This document shows, piece by piece, positions 9,460 to 22,365 of a stretch of 64,000 nucleotides of DNA; position 1 is the first letter of the stretch; every line of letters starts with the position of its first letter. Below the pieces are notes generated by a model. That model saw only the letters and a program-made list of their open reading frames with translations, had not been told where the DNA came from and did no database searches. The stretch comes from Azolla caroliniana (Eukaryota > Plantae > Polypodiophyta): NCBI GenBank assembly GCA_043228905.1, contig JBHGNT010000007.1, positions 13,516,001-13,580,000 of the forward strand, in the 5' to 3' direction. A program made the translations under genes and the position numbers.

Positions 9460-12400
9460 CCGACAATAGTTCTGAACCCTCCACAAGCAGGCGGAGTCAA
9501 AGCGGCGTTGAAAACTGGCAATCAAAGGCCGACACGGAATGCTGGTATTGTGGCAAGAAAGGCAACCGGGAAAGCGAGTATTACATGAAGCATATCAATT
9601 TGGATATATCCGGATCCGGCAACACCGAACAAGGAAACTGACAAAGCTCGCACTATGCAGAAGGATCGGAAGGATCGGAAGGATCCGGAACTGGTAAGAC
9701 CGGAAAAGGGCCAGCCTTTGTGATGAAACACAAGGCAAACTTGATGAAGAAGACCATTTCCGAATCAGAGGAAGTGTGGTACGTTGACTCCTGAGCATCT
9801 AACCACATGACGAGCCACGAAGAGTGGTTCTCATTTCTAGAAAAGATAGAGCAACTGGGAGTTGTCGAAACCAGAGACGACACTCCTCTTCACCTGATTG
9901 TGCATGTCCGAGAATTCCCTTTAAGCCATGTCGGACAAAAGGGAAAGCTGATGAACGTGCTACATGTTCCGACAATCACAAAGCACATGGTGTCGGTCGG
10001 GCAGATCTTCGACCAGGGGATATAGGTGCGGTTTACGCACCTCGGGTGCTTCATTGAGGAAGAGGGCCAGATCATCGTGCAAGGACATCGGGATGGGAGG
10101 ATGTTTATCCTTGACACTAACGACGTCAGCACCGCTATGTTCGCAAAAGGACAGAAGTTTGAATCGGATATCGACATGTGGCACAAGCGGATTGGCCATG
10201 TCAACTATAAGAGAGGCTTCAAGTCCTACAATTGAAACAAGTTGTTTTCGAATTGCCAAAATTTAGTGGCCAAAAGGCCCAAATTTGTGAAGCCTGCCAG
10301 CTCGGGAAGCAACATTGGCTTCCATTCCCCACCAAAAGAAACTGGAGCCGTAACAAGCTCGATCTAATACATTCGGATGTATGGGGACCAGCATAGAACG
10401 TTAGTCTTAGCGGGAGTTGATATTTCGTCTCCTTCATCGACGACTATAGCCGGCACACATGGATCTACCTAATCGAAAGGAAAATAGAAGTTTTTGACTG
10501 TTTCCAGAACCTCCAAAGTCTTGTAGAATGGGAAATGGAGAGGAAGATCAAGTGCCTACGGTCGGATGGTGGAAAAGAATATTTTTCCGGTCAATTCAAC
10601 AGTTATCTACTGCAGAAAGGAATTCAGAGGGAATTCAGTTGCCGATACACATTGAAACAAAAACACTGTGACTGAAAGGAAGAACCGGTCAATTGTGGAG
10701 GCGGCACAGGCAATGCTAGAAGAGAAGAGCATGCCCAAGTTCTACTAAGCTGAAGCGGTTCGGACGACGGTCTACATCCAAAACCGGATTGAGGATAAGG
10801 TGTCAGTAGAGGAGCTGTATTTCGGGTGGAAGCCGAATTTAAGGCATCTTAAGATAGTTGTACCCGAAAGTTGTACCCGAAGTCGGAGAAGTGCATCCTT
10901 GTCGGCGACTCACATGAGCAAAAGGGTTATAAGTGCCATAACCCCTGAACAAAACAAGTTCGAGTGAGCCAAGATGTCGAATTTGATGAGTCGGCATCAT
11001 GGTACTCTCTCCCACAACTCCGACCCGATTCCAGAGGATGAGACCAGTGAGCCCAAAACGATCCGGAAGAAGATGAAGAAGGATTCAGTACTCTAGATGA
11101 GAGTCTAATCTCATTCTGGCTAAATGGGCCGAATGAGTGAGTGAGTCGGAATGACCAGTCCGATGAAGAGTCAACGAGTAGTGGAGACTCGGTTGTGTTG
11201 TCCCCGCGTAAGGAACCGAGGAGATGGTTCACGCGCAAAGAGAAGGGGAAGAAGAAGACGTCGGAATACGACACTAGTAGAGACAAGTCTGATCGGAGCG
11301 AATACGACTCCGGAAAGAATGAAGACGGACCTTCAAAGACACAGTCCGAGCCGGCCAAGAGAAGTTACGTTGATCCACCTGCCAAAAGAACCCTGTGAAG
11401 CGGTATGGTTATAACGAGTACATGGAGCATCACTATGCATACATGACGAAAGTTGTGGAAGTGCATGAGCTGGAGAGCTATGCAAAAGCGGCAAAAGATG
11501 CACATTGGCGTGCCACTATGGACGAAGAGATGCACGCGCTCACGGAGAATGAGACGTGTGACTTGGTCGATGTACCAAAAGGAGTGAAGTCAATCGGTTG
11601 TCGATGGGTATACAAGGTTAAATACCACATTGACGGCTCTATCAACCGGTACAAGGCCGGTTAGTGGCAAAGGGCTATGTGCAGCAGCACGACATCGACT
11701 ACGAAGAGACATTTGCATTGGTCGCAAAGATGACAATCATTTGTTTCTTGGTTGCAGTGGCAATGGCGAAGGGGTCACATCTGCATCAACTGGATGTGAC
11801 AAACGTGTTTCTGCAAGACGATCTTGAAGAACAGATCTACATGATCTAGCCCCCTGGATTTCAATAAGAGATGAACAAGTCGACAGTGTGCCGACTCAAG
11901 AAGCCGCTTTACGGCCTAAAGCAAACCCCCCGTGCTTGGAATTCAAAGATGACACACTGGTTGCGTAAGATGGGGTTTGCGGCCTCGAAGTCGGATTCTT
12001 CACTATTCATCCAGAATGGTTCGGACGGTCTAGTATGTATCCTGTTATATGTAGATGATCTAGTCATCACCGGACCCGGACTTGCTAACATCGGCTGAGT
12101 GAGGTCCCAACTATCGGATGCATTCGAAATGAAGGACCTGGGGGACCATCATTACTTCCTCAATATCAAAGTGATCCACACCTCCGACGACATATTTCTC
12201 TCACAACGACACTATGTGTTGAATATGTTTTTTTGTTGACCTTACGACCGGTACAAGGACTGTAGAATGGGGAAATCATTGGTGGGTTGTAGATAAGTCA
12301 AGAGGGAGATGAGACCACCAAGATCGATTTGAGCGCACCCGAATCGTAGACAAAAACTTGGTGCATGCGACAATTAAAAGAGATAGAGGGACGGGAGAGG

Positions 12401-12559
12401 GAGATGAGGGATTAAAAAATACTAAAAATAAAACTCTACATAACAATAAAACACTAAATAAGATTAAAACATACCCATTAGCTTGAGAAAGAAAGAGAGA
12501 TTAAACAAAACTAATCTTCATTAAGATAGGGTTTATAATGAGATAGAGGAAATGGGAAT

Positions 12560-12613
12560 GGCCACGAGCAAACTAGCTTCATCCCCTATGGGGCTCATCA
12601 GTGCTAAGTGGCC
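12560..12613 (-). ncRNA. Minimal type I hammerhead ribozyme motif, left arm (GAAA core mutated to GAAG)
   Basis: Minus strand: GGCCAC UU AGCA CUGAUGA GCCCCAUAGGGGAU GAAGC UA GUU UGCU C GUGGCC; stem I AGCA/UGCU extended by GGCCAC/GUGGCC. Confidence 0.72.
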
Positions 12614-12708
12614 TTTGGGGGTTCATGGTGTTTATTTAGGGAGGTTTAGGAGAGGCTTTAAAAGAAAAGAAAAAAGGGAGGGAGGGAGAGAGAGAGAGAG
12701 AGAGGAAG

Positions 12709-13075
12709 GAGTGATTAGTCATAGGGAAGAGAGTGGAGAGAGGGGAACTTAGAAAAAAGGAAGGGTGGAAAAACTTAAATGAAAAAAGGGAGAGAGAGAG
12801 AGAGAGAGAGGAGTGATTAGTGATAAGGAAGAGAGTGGAGAGAGGAGTGATTAGTCATAGGGAAGAGAGGGGAGAGAGGGGAACTTAGAAAAAAGGAAGA
12901 GGGGAAAAACTTAAAAGAAAAAAGGGAGAGAGAGAGAGGAGTGATTAGACATAGGGAAGAGAGTGGAGAGAGGAGAACTTAGAAAAAAAGAAGAGGGGAA
13001 TAGAAGAAAGGGAGAGAGAGAAAGGGGAGTGATTAGACATAGAGAAAAGAGTGGAGAGAAGGTGGGGAAACGTGA
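12709..13075 (+). repeat. Imperfect purine-rich tandem repeats in the left arm
   Basis: Recurring gagtgattagtcatagggaagagagtggagagaggggaacttagaaaaaagg units separated by (GA)n. Confidence 0.75.
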
Positions 13076-13749
13076 AAAAGTAAGAGAGAGAAAGGGGACA
13101 GCAAGAGTAACTAAAATGTAAGAGAGAGGTAAGGAAATATGTGAAGAAAGAGGAGGGATTTAAAAAGAGAGAAGAGACTAGGGGCTAAGGTAAGGTAAAA
13201 GAAAGTGAGATGTGGGTGATAAAGGTAGAGAGAAGGAAGGGGTATGAATGAAAAAAAGGGAAAGTAAGAGAAGGATAGGATTGGAAACATAAAGTAAATT
13301 TGGGAATGGTAGGATTGGAAAAACAATTAGACAGGGGCGAGGAATAGAAATTAGAATTAAATTGAAGGGGCCAAAAATAAAAAAGGCTAGAAAGTAAGAA
13401 AACTCAAGGAACTAATGGAGAGGGTTACATCGAAGAGAAAACGGAGGGGTACAAATGAAAATAAGAGAAAGTAAGAGAAGATAAAATGAAAAATAGAAAG
13501 GTGGAGAAAGAGTAAAAAGAAAATGGAGGTACTTCAAAAGAAGATGCAAAGGATTTTGAGAAAGGACGAGGAGGGGTAAGGTAAAGTGAGACATGGGCGA
13601 GGGCAGACAAATGATAACATGGGTGATGGTAGCACATTGGAAAAGGAATATGAAAATGAAAGGGTATATTGTAATACGAAAAACGTAGAGGGGGCAAGGG
13701 AAAAAGTGAAAAAAAATTAAAAAACTAACATAAGGAAGGATGAGAGAAG

Positions 13750-14660
13750 GAAAAGATAAAGTTTTTTTGGTGGCAAATCGGTCATAATTTGGTTCCTATT
13801 GGCGAATGGCTAGGTAAACATGGCGGCCCGTTAGGCTGCCCACTTTGCCATTCACCTATTGAGACTCTAAGGCATTGTCTGTGGGATTGCCCTCACGCTC
13901 AAAAGGTATGGGATAGAGTGACTTGCCTCCTTGCGGCATGTGAAGTGGAAGGAACAACATCGTGGAGTGTTGCGGCATGGCTTGATCACTCTGTTGATAG
14001 GTGGAGGAACACCTTCAATGCGGATAGTTGATGGTACGTATGCATGAGAGGAAAAATTGCCAAGATTTGATTTGAGAGAGGCTTGCAGTCTGCATCCCCT
14101 AGGTTCCCAGACATTTGGATGCTGATTGCAAGCTTCACCTTGTGGTATGTATGGAAAGTGCGTTGCCTAAAGGTCTTCTAGGATATGGTGGGACCCCCGG
14201 AGGAAGTGATCATGGACATATGGTTTGCGCTTATTAGTTGCCTACAAGGGCAATTGGACAAGGTTTGCAGCCATTCCTCTAACGTGGGTACTACCTGTTT
14301 GCACTTTTGGTAGAAATGGCGGAACACGCCTATGGTGACACAAGGAGGAAGTGGCCCGAGGTGGAACTACCAGCCCCCATGTTAGTTGTTTCCGACTCAC
14401 TTACCACCCTCCCTTTGTTGTCGAACCCAAGAGTTTTCTCGTACTAGCCATTATTGCAAGGCACCGTTTTAGCTGTGGGTACTTACACTAAGTAGTTAGT
14501 TCGAAAGGCGATGTAACTAGTCTCAATTTCTTGAACTTGATCGGAGGGAGATTCCCTGATCTATGTTTAAGCCTCCTTGTACAGTCTCTTTGTAATAATC
14601 CTACCTAACTAATGAGAAAGTAACTTCATTTTGGAAAAAGAAAAAGAAATAACAAAAATT
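13750..14660 (+). mobile_element. 5'-truncated L1-type LINE 3' end (zf-RVT region), decayed
   Basis: KIKFFWWQIGHNLVP...CPLCHSPIETLRHCLWDCPHAQKVW; downstream LWYVWK motif; A-rich end near 14635-14660. Confidence 0.8.
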
Positions 14661-15187
14661 AAGTTAAAGGGGTTGAGAAAAGAAAGGGCTAGAAATTAAA
14701 AAGCCAATCCTACCCTTTCTAAATCCCTCCTCTTTCTTCACATATTTTAGTTAATCTTGCCTCTCCACTCTCTCTCCCCTTTCTCTCTCTTACTTTTTCA
14801 CGTTTCCCCACCGTCTCTCTCCACTCTCTTCCATATGTCTAATCACTCCTCTCTCTCTCCCTTTTTTCTTTTAAGTTTTTCCCCTCATCCTTTTTTTCTA
14901 AGTTCCCCTCTCACTAGTTCTATACCTCCCTTACTCTCCCCTTTTGTTTCCCATTTTTGTCTTTATTGTTACCTTTTCACACCTTAGATTTTTCTAAACA
15001 CCCACTATTACCCTTTCACATTAAACCCTCTCCCCCTCATTATATTTCCCCTTATTATATAGCCTTCTCTTCTCTCTTTCCCCTTTTTCAATCATACCCA
15101 TTAGCACACCTCCACTCCACACTCCTTATTCTCATTTTTCTAAAGCCTCTCCTAAACCTCCTTATATAAACACCATTAACCCCTAAA

Positions 15188-15240
15188 GGCCCCTTAGCAC
15201 TGATGATCCCATACGGGGGGAAACTAGTTTGCTCATATCC
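15188..15240 (+). ncRNA. Minimal type I hammerhead ribozyme motif, right arm
   Basis: AGCA CUGAUGA UCCC AUAC GGGG G GAAAC UA GUU UGCU: both core boxes intact, palindromic AACUAGUU stem III, GUU cleavage triplet at 15227-15229. Confidence 0.78.
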
Positions 15241-16887
15241 CTTCCTATTTCCCCTATCTCATTGTAAACCTTATCTTAATGAAGATTAGTTTTTGTTTAA
15301 TCTCTCTCTCTCTCTCTTAAGCATATGGGTATGTTTTAATCTTATTTAGTGTTTTATTCTTAATTAGCTTTTATTTTTGTTATTATTAGTGTTTTGATCC
15401 CTCATCTCCCTCTCCCCTTCGTTTATCTCGTCTAATCCTCGCCTACGCCAAGTTTTTGTTTATGATTCGGGTGCACTCAAATTAATTTTGGTGGTCATGT
15501 CTCCCTCTCGACTTACCTACAACCCACCGATGATTTCACCGTTCCGCACTCCTTGTACCGACCGAAAGGTCAACAAAAGCAAATGGATTTCAATCAGAGA
15601 TAAACAAGTCGACAGTGTGCCGACTCAAGAAGTCGCTTTATGGCCTAAATCAAGCCCCCCGTGCTTGGAATTCGAAGATCACACACCGGTTGCGTAAGAT
15701 AGGGTTTGTGGCCTCGAAGTCGAATTCTTCATTGTTCATCCGGAATGGTCTGGACATTCCAGTATGTATCCTGTTATATGTAGATGATCTATGTTGGTTA
15801 ATGTCGACAGTTATGCGGAAGTGTGTGTTCGGATCTTATGGCTATGAACAACAAACAACATACACACAGAAGATAGACAAGGCAGATATAGACTTACACA
15901 GTTGGAGCTTTAATGGGAAGCTTCTTATTTCTGCACAACACGTTTTTCTCTCTTAGAGATACAATAGTCTGCTCGTCATCGTCACTCATTACAATGTTAG
16001 GTATTCTCTTATATACTAAGCCCTAACTTATTAATTAGTTCACACTCGAATGGATACAACTTGGAAGGAGTCAGCCTTTTATGCCAACAAACTCCCCCGT
16101 AAAAGGACTACTCTTTCTTGCATGTACAAGTGCTTGGGGTTATCTCCCCCGTAAACCTAGATTACAAATTTAACTAGATCTTATGTTACAAGTCTATCCG
16201 CAAGTAGCCGAGTCGACAGAGGTATAGTATGAGTGTCGGTTAGCTCTTACCTTTTGCTCCTCGTTCGGCTTTCTTCTGCCCGGTCACTTGTCGTAGCCCC
16301 ATCTTCGTCCTTAGCGTTTCGAAGCGTTGATCTGGGAATGGTTTCGTAAGGCAATCGACGATGTTCACCTTGGTGTCGATCTTCCGGACTTCGAGTTTCT
16401 TCTCAGTCACGAGCTCCCGTATATGATGATATCGTTGTCGTGAAGATCCGTCACTACGCGGATCGTGAAGCGGAACCGCCGGGGTTCTGGACCAGAAGGA
16501 TTTAGAGTCGATACAAGCTTTGGCGAGAAAGTACTTAAGATAGATTGGGAAAGAGAGAAGTTGAGATTAAACGATTGAGAAAGATCGATTGAACTTTTTA
16601 TCTTTGGATTTAAGAAACAAGTTACACCATCAATTTGATAACAAATTTCTTCTTCTTAATTTCATAATAAAAAAAACCCGTGTTTTTTCTCCTCCCCCTT
16701 CCCTCTTTTATAGATGCTCTCATGCATATGATGCATGTGAGGGTACAAGACATGCATAAATTGCATGTTTGCCATTTGGCACTTATGTATTACATGTGGT
16801 ACATGATAACCATGTCACTCATTTTAGTTCTCATGTATGAGAATTTACATGTAAAAGTACAATGATAGAAATATAATTTCAATTAAA

Positions 16888-16958
16888 TAGCATGGCTTAA
16901 TGGTAAGCCAATTGACTCCTAACTTGGAGGTGCAAGGTTTGAATCCTTACTTGCCCTC
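16888..16958 (+). other. tRNA-like (A-box/B-box) cassette in the Gypsy-2 3' LTR
   Basis: TGGCTTAATGG A box with GCTT/AAGC D stem; AAGG-TTTGAAT-CCTT T arm. Confidence 0.6.
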
Positions 16959-17669
16959 CTTGTATATGTAAATATGTATATATATTTATATATTTATTTA
17001 TCTAGTCGTCGGACGCCGGTTCGCCGGATGCCGTCGGATCACCGTCGCCGGATTGCCGTCGGATCATCGCCGTCGGATCACCGTCACCGGATTGCCGTCG
17101 GATCATCGCCGTTGGATCATCGTCGCCGGATGCCGTCGGATCACCGGCTCCGGATTGCCGTCGGATGTCGTCGAATCACCGGCTCCAGATTGCCGTCTCC
17201 ATCGCCGGTCCGGTTTTGGTTGGCCAAAACCCTTTACGAGTAGTTAGCCCACCTTCACTCTTAGTTCAAGTTACCTTGAACTCTCTATGCTCTACACATA
17301 GACACAAAGATAATATCTTTTGCTCCACCTTATATATGATGAGAGTTGTATTTGTCGTGCCTATGTGGGATATCCCCCAATTTTCTCCTTTCCTTTTACA
17401 AACTTTATACCCTCATATCTTGACATTTAGTTGTCCGTTTCTCGTGTAATAAAGTGCATTCGAAACCTCCATCATTTTGTACTTAGATATTAAATCTATT
17501 TAAAATGTTATCTTCACAATTATTGTACTACGTGATTCATACTCGACTTCGTACGTTTTATGGGATTTTCACACTATTGCCGAAAATCTTCACGACATCC
17601 ACCCCCACCAAACCGCACGTCCTCCGGTACGTGCCAAGAAGAGAAGAAGTGAGATTTCGGCTACGATGA

Positions 17670-20600
17670 TCAATTAGATTCCTCCATGTCTTCATTTTCA
17701 TCCGGCCTATTATGTTCATCGTCGAGGTAATCAAGGTCAGGATCCTTGTCTTGTCTTTTCTTGAAAATCTTTACTCTTTTTCCCGCAATGGGTACGGCCA
17801 ACCTTGATCCGTCTAGTTCCGCAAGGTGGTATGTTGCATTATCGTTGGCACTTGTCACCACATACGGCCCGAACCATCTTCTTGCGAACTTCCTTGTTGT
17901 ACTATGTTGATTGTCAAGGGTGCTGTCGTAAACCAAAACCCAATCCCCTTCTTCAATCTTCTTGGGACGAAGTCGATGCATGTTGTCGAACCGAACTGTG
18001 TTCTTTACTCGGGCTGCCTTCATCATCTTTCGCGCTTTTCCTAAATCTTCAGGTCTTCTTTCAAGTTGCCTTATCCGCGCCGTTAATAACTCTTCTCGGC
18101 TCATCTCGTTCTCCCACGGTATGGCTACCCATGAGGCGATCGTCCTTTCGATGGGCATAATCGGCTTTTGTCCATACATAAGCTCCGTCAGCATATACCC
18201 TGTCACCGAGCTATGTGTCGTTCTATCGGCCCACAAGGCATAGGGTAATAGTCGTGGCCAATTCCCGACTCGACCATTGCATGCCCGTACGATGGCTTTA
18301 ACGATAGGTCCATGCCCTCGCTCGATCTTCCCATTTGCTTCCGGATTGTAGGCAGTCGTGAGGGAGAGCTTCACGCCTAGTCTTTCGAAGAGCTCCGTCG
18401 CTTCGTGCGCGTCCAACTCCCCTCGGTCGGCCACTATCTTCCCTACACATCCATATCGGCAAACAACATCTTCAAGTAAAACTTTACAAACGGCTGAAGT
18501 CGTCTTATTTGTCAAGGCTCGTCCTTCCACTTGATTTGTCAAGTCTTCCCTTGCCAGCGCTAAGTACTTCATTTGTCCCACTCCCATTGGCATCGAGACC
18601 AGATCCACCATCCATTTGAAGTGAATGGTGAGTGGGTATGTCGGCTTTAACTCATCACGATGACGTATATTTGAATATATTTGGCAAGTTTCACATGTGG
18701 ACACGAAATGGAGTACATCTTTGTACATGCTTGGCCACCAGTACTTCTCCTTCAATTTTTCGAACATCGCCCATGTTCCTCTATGACCTGCCCAAACACT
18801 CTTGTGGAATTCGGTCATCAGCGTCTCTTGCTCTTCTTTCTTTACCACCACTCGACGTGGTATTCCTGTCCTTCTTTTTGGATGTCGCCAAAGGAATCCT
18901 CCCTTCAAGAAGTATCGGTAAGCTTTCTTTCAGGTTCGTAGGGCCTCCTCCTTTGTCAACGAAGCATCTGTCGTTAATGTTCTTAGGAATCTACCGATGA
19001 GTAACCACTCTCCTTCGTACTCGTTCTCGTTGAAGGCGTGGAGGGTTTGCTTGTCCTGGTCTTCCGCCGACAATCGAGCCATCTTGAAGAAGTCGAGGGC
19101 GACATCTTCATCTTCCGAAACCATGTTACTTTCATTTGAAAATCTTGCCCTCGACAGCATGTCAGCCATGGCGTTCTTCTTCCCTGCGATGTGACGGATC
19201 TCTAGGTTTAAAGACTTGATGTAGGCGATCCACCTTAGCATAGCAAGATCTGGGGTCGCACATCCCGAGACCATTCCGAGAATTGGGAAACAATCTGTCT
19301 CTATTATCACTTCTGACCCGATCAGGTAATCTTTGTCTGTCTTCACTGCTGACACAATACCCCAAAGTTCCCGCTTGACTTGGGCATATCTTTGTTGCTG
19401 TTCGCTAAGAACCTTTGCTCCGAACCGGACGGCATATCGCGCATTATCTTCACCTTCTTGATTGATGACCCACCCGATTCCGGTTGTGCTTGTATCTACG
19501 GTCACGTAAATTGGTTTCCCTTCGGCATAGTCGGCCTTCCTTAGTGCCGGAGCTTCAAGAAGCAGTTTCTTTAATCTTCGCATCGCCTCTGTGTGCTCGT
19601 CTCGCCATTCGAACTTTATTCTTTTCTTTAGTAGTCCATATAACGGTTCGGCGACATGAGCGTAGTGAGGAATCCATATATGATAAAACGCGCACGCTCC
19701 AAGGAACCTTCGAACCTCCGTTTGGTTTTCGCATTCTTCTTTCATGTCTTGGATTTCGTTCACTTGGGATGGCGAGGGCTTCCGGCCGTATGCTCCACAC
19801 AAGTGACCTACCACCAAGATCTCCGGTTGCCCGAATGCGGATTTTTCTCCCGAAAATGTCAAATTCACATCTTCGAGCCTTTGAAGCACCTTCTCGCAAT
19901 CTTTCATATGATCCGCAACAAACTTTCTACAACCTTCCTTATCTTTCGATTCATCTCTCTCCTCATCCAAACATCCTTTTATCGGAATATCATCCAAGAA
20001 TGGCATCTTGATGTTCGGAATGCAATCCTTCAAGACTTTATTCATGGCATTCACCATATGAGCCACCGAGTTCGTTGCGCCTTGGGGTAAGGTACACATC
20101 CGCACAAGCCCGATCGGAGTCCTCATGGTTGTAATGTCCCGACTGTCGATCGCCAATTGGAATTGGTCATATCCGGAGTAGAGATCGCCAATGGGGTAGA
20201 TGGACCGGCCCGCAAACGCTTCAGCAAATTCGTCCACGCTCGGACCGATTCCGGCATTTCGAATTGTCACCTTGTTGACGGGTTGAAGATCTTGGATGAA
20301 TTGCAATGATCCATTCTTCTTCGGCACCGTGAACCACCTATTGGAATAAGGAGCATTCGACGGTTCTAGAATTCCCATACTCACCTTCTCCTTTAAGAGC
20401 TCGATCAGCTTCGGAAGGTGTGCTCTCGGAACCGGTATCGGTTTCAAATTCCAAGGCACATGAGGCACCGTGAAGATCACCATCGGCTCTATAACCTTTG
20501 GGTCGGCGCATCCGATTTCTCGTGGGAAGAATGCGAAAGCCTTCCCATGTCTCTCAAGCATATCGTGAAACATTCGCTCCTCTTCAGGGAGAAGGAAATC

Positions 20601-21161
20601 CTCCTTTCCAACTCGTAGCTTCCCCTTCGTCTCTTTGGTGAAGACATGACCTATCTTCTTCGGATCTCTTAAGCTTGGATCGTTAGCGACTTCCTTCATC
20701 TTTTGCCAGCTATCTTCCGGTAGCGGAACTGCAACTAGCTTGATCTTCTTATCCACCGTTTTATATTTTGTGTTGATGTCAGCTTCCTTCATCGAGATGC
20801 CACGACGGTATTCATCGATGATAGCGTACATGTTGACGGAGTTAACCGAAATCACGCATTGGTTGTGAAGATAGCTCAAGTCCACGACGTCCTCGATTTC
20901 GCCGATGGTGTCGTTAAATGAGGCTTCTTCCATAATATGAGTCACGAACTCCCCTTCTTCTATTATGTTCTCTTCTTTCAGCATCTTCTCGAATTCTTGT
21001 ATCCGGTGCTTGTGCTTCTTGTCGGGTAGTACTAGTTTACATGTGCCACTAGGTGTGACACATGTTGCTTCTCCTTGCAATCCACGCACTCTTCTTTCTT
21101 GTGGGGTGTTGTGATTGCTCGGACTATTTGTGCCCCATGCTTCAATAGTCCGCTCTAAAAA
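17670..21161 (-). pseudogene. pol: Gypsy-2 pol with one in-frame TGA at 18930-18932
   Basis: ORFs 18930-21089 and 17670-18908 share a frame; strong protein similarity to Gypsy-1 Pol; frame open from the slippery site. Confidence 0.92.
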
Positions 21162-22365
21162 TCCGAGGATTCGCCTCCGAGACTATCTCGATTCCTTTCA
21201 TGATTGGCTCGCACCGTTAGGAATTGGACCGATCTTTGGTTGTCAAGACTCTTTATTCATGCAAAGGCTGCTCCATTATCGAACACTCTGGTCTCCATCC
21301 GAGATGATGTGATATAAGGTTGCCCTAGGATGACAGGATGCGACGCCGATTCTTGTACGAAGAAGTGTTGATCCATCTCCACATCCCCGATCGTGACTTT
21401 GACATTGGGACAAGCTCCGTACAAATCCTCCGTAGACTTTGTTGCCGCGCGAATCTTCCATCCGTGGTTTGTATTGATTGGCCATCTTCCCTTTTTGTAG
21501 AAGTCGTTTGACATGAGGTTGATCTCCGAGCCGTGGTCGATCAAGGCTACGACGGTCTCTTTCTTCTCCCCGATCTTCACCGGCGTCTCCGTTGTCGCTC
21601 GTGCCCAATCAGGTCGAGTGTAGTGGCTGTCCACCATATCTTCATCGATTTCGTCTCTTGCCATCGTTATGGCATTCGTTTTTGCTTTTTGCGGCTTCTC
21701 TTCTTCCTCGTCCGATTGTTGTCTCTTTCTCTTTACAAGGTCCACGATCGTGTCATGGAACTCCTTCTTCGTAATGCCAAGCAATTCCCTCAAGGACAAA
21801 GTTACGTGGCTATCAATAACTCGTTCTTCGAGAATCTTCTTTAGGTCCGTCGTCTGCTCTATGTCCGACCTTAGCTTATAGGTAGGTATAGTCCTTGTCC
21901 TCCGAGTGGGGTCTTCGACACCAACCTTCACGGGCCGAACCGTTTCTTCAACTCGTATGCTTGGCTCCCCTTTTCGGCTTGATTCTCGTTCCTCCGTTTG
22001 TAAAGGTCGACTCGTCTCCGTATCGTCCTTCTTTTTCGCGTTCCTTGTTTCATGTCTTTTTGATGGGCCTTGCTCTTCTATTCTCTTTCTCTTTTCTTCG
22101 ACGAACACCTCGTGGTTGTCGCACATCACCTTTGCGAGTATGGTGTTGTCGTCCACCGGATCCAACCACCCGGTTATGCTTTGCACGTTTCGGTTCGCAA
22201 GCTCTACCTCGTTCGATGTGACTTTTCCCTTCTTCTCATATTCGAGAACGGAAGTCCAAAACTTTGCTCCCGCTCTAGCAGCTTCAGTCTTGTCTTTCCC
22301 GACTCTTATTCCGGCCGACGCAGCATAGTGCATCGCATTCACATGAGTCGCATCGACATCCTCCA

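Larger units (their letters stand above)
12230..15583. mobile_element. Non-coding foldback element with ~430-bp inverted terminal arms carrying hammerhead motifs; candidate non-autonomous Penelope-like/retrozyme element
   Basis: 12230-12662 is the diverged reverse complement of about 15140-15578; both arms end in ggtcaacaaaa pointing outward; polarity flips from purine-rich to pyrimidine-rich at about 14704. Confidence 0.75.

Noticed and set aside
12230-15583. MITE/Mutator or DIRS interpretation
   Set aside because: No short TSD, transposase or tyrosine recombinase; hammerheads and A-rich ends fit a retroposed RNA better, though this is not fully excluded
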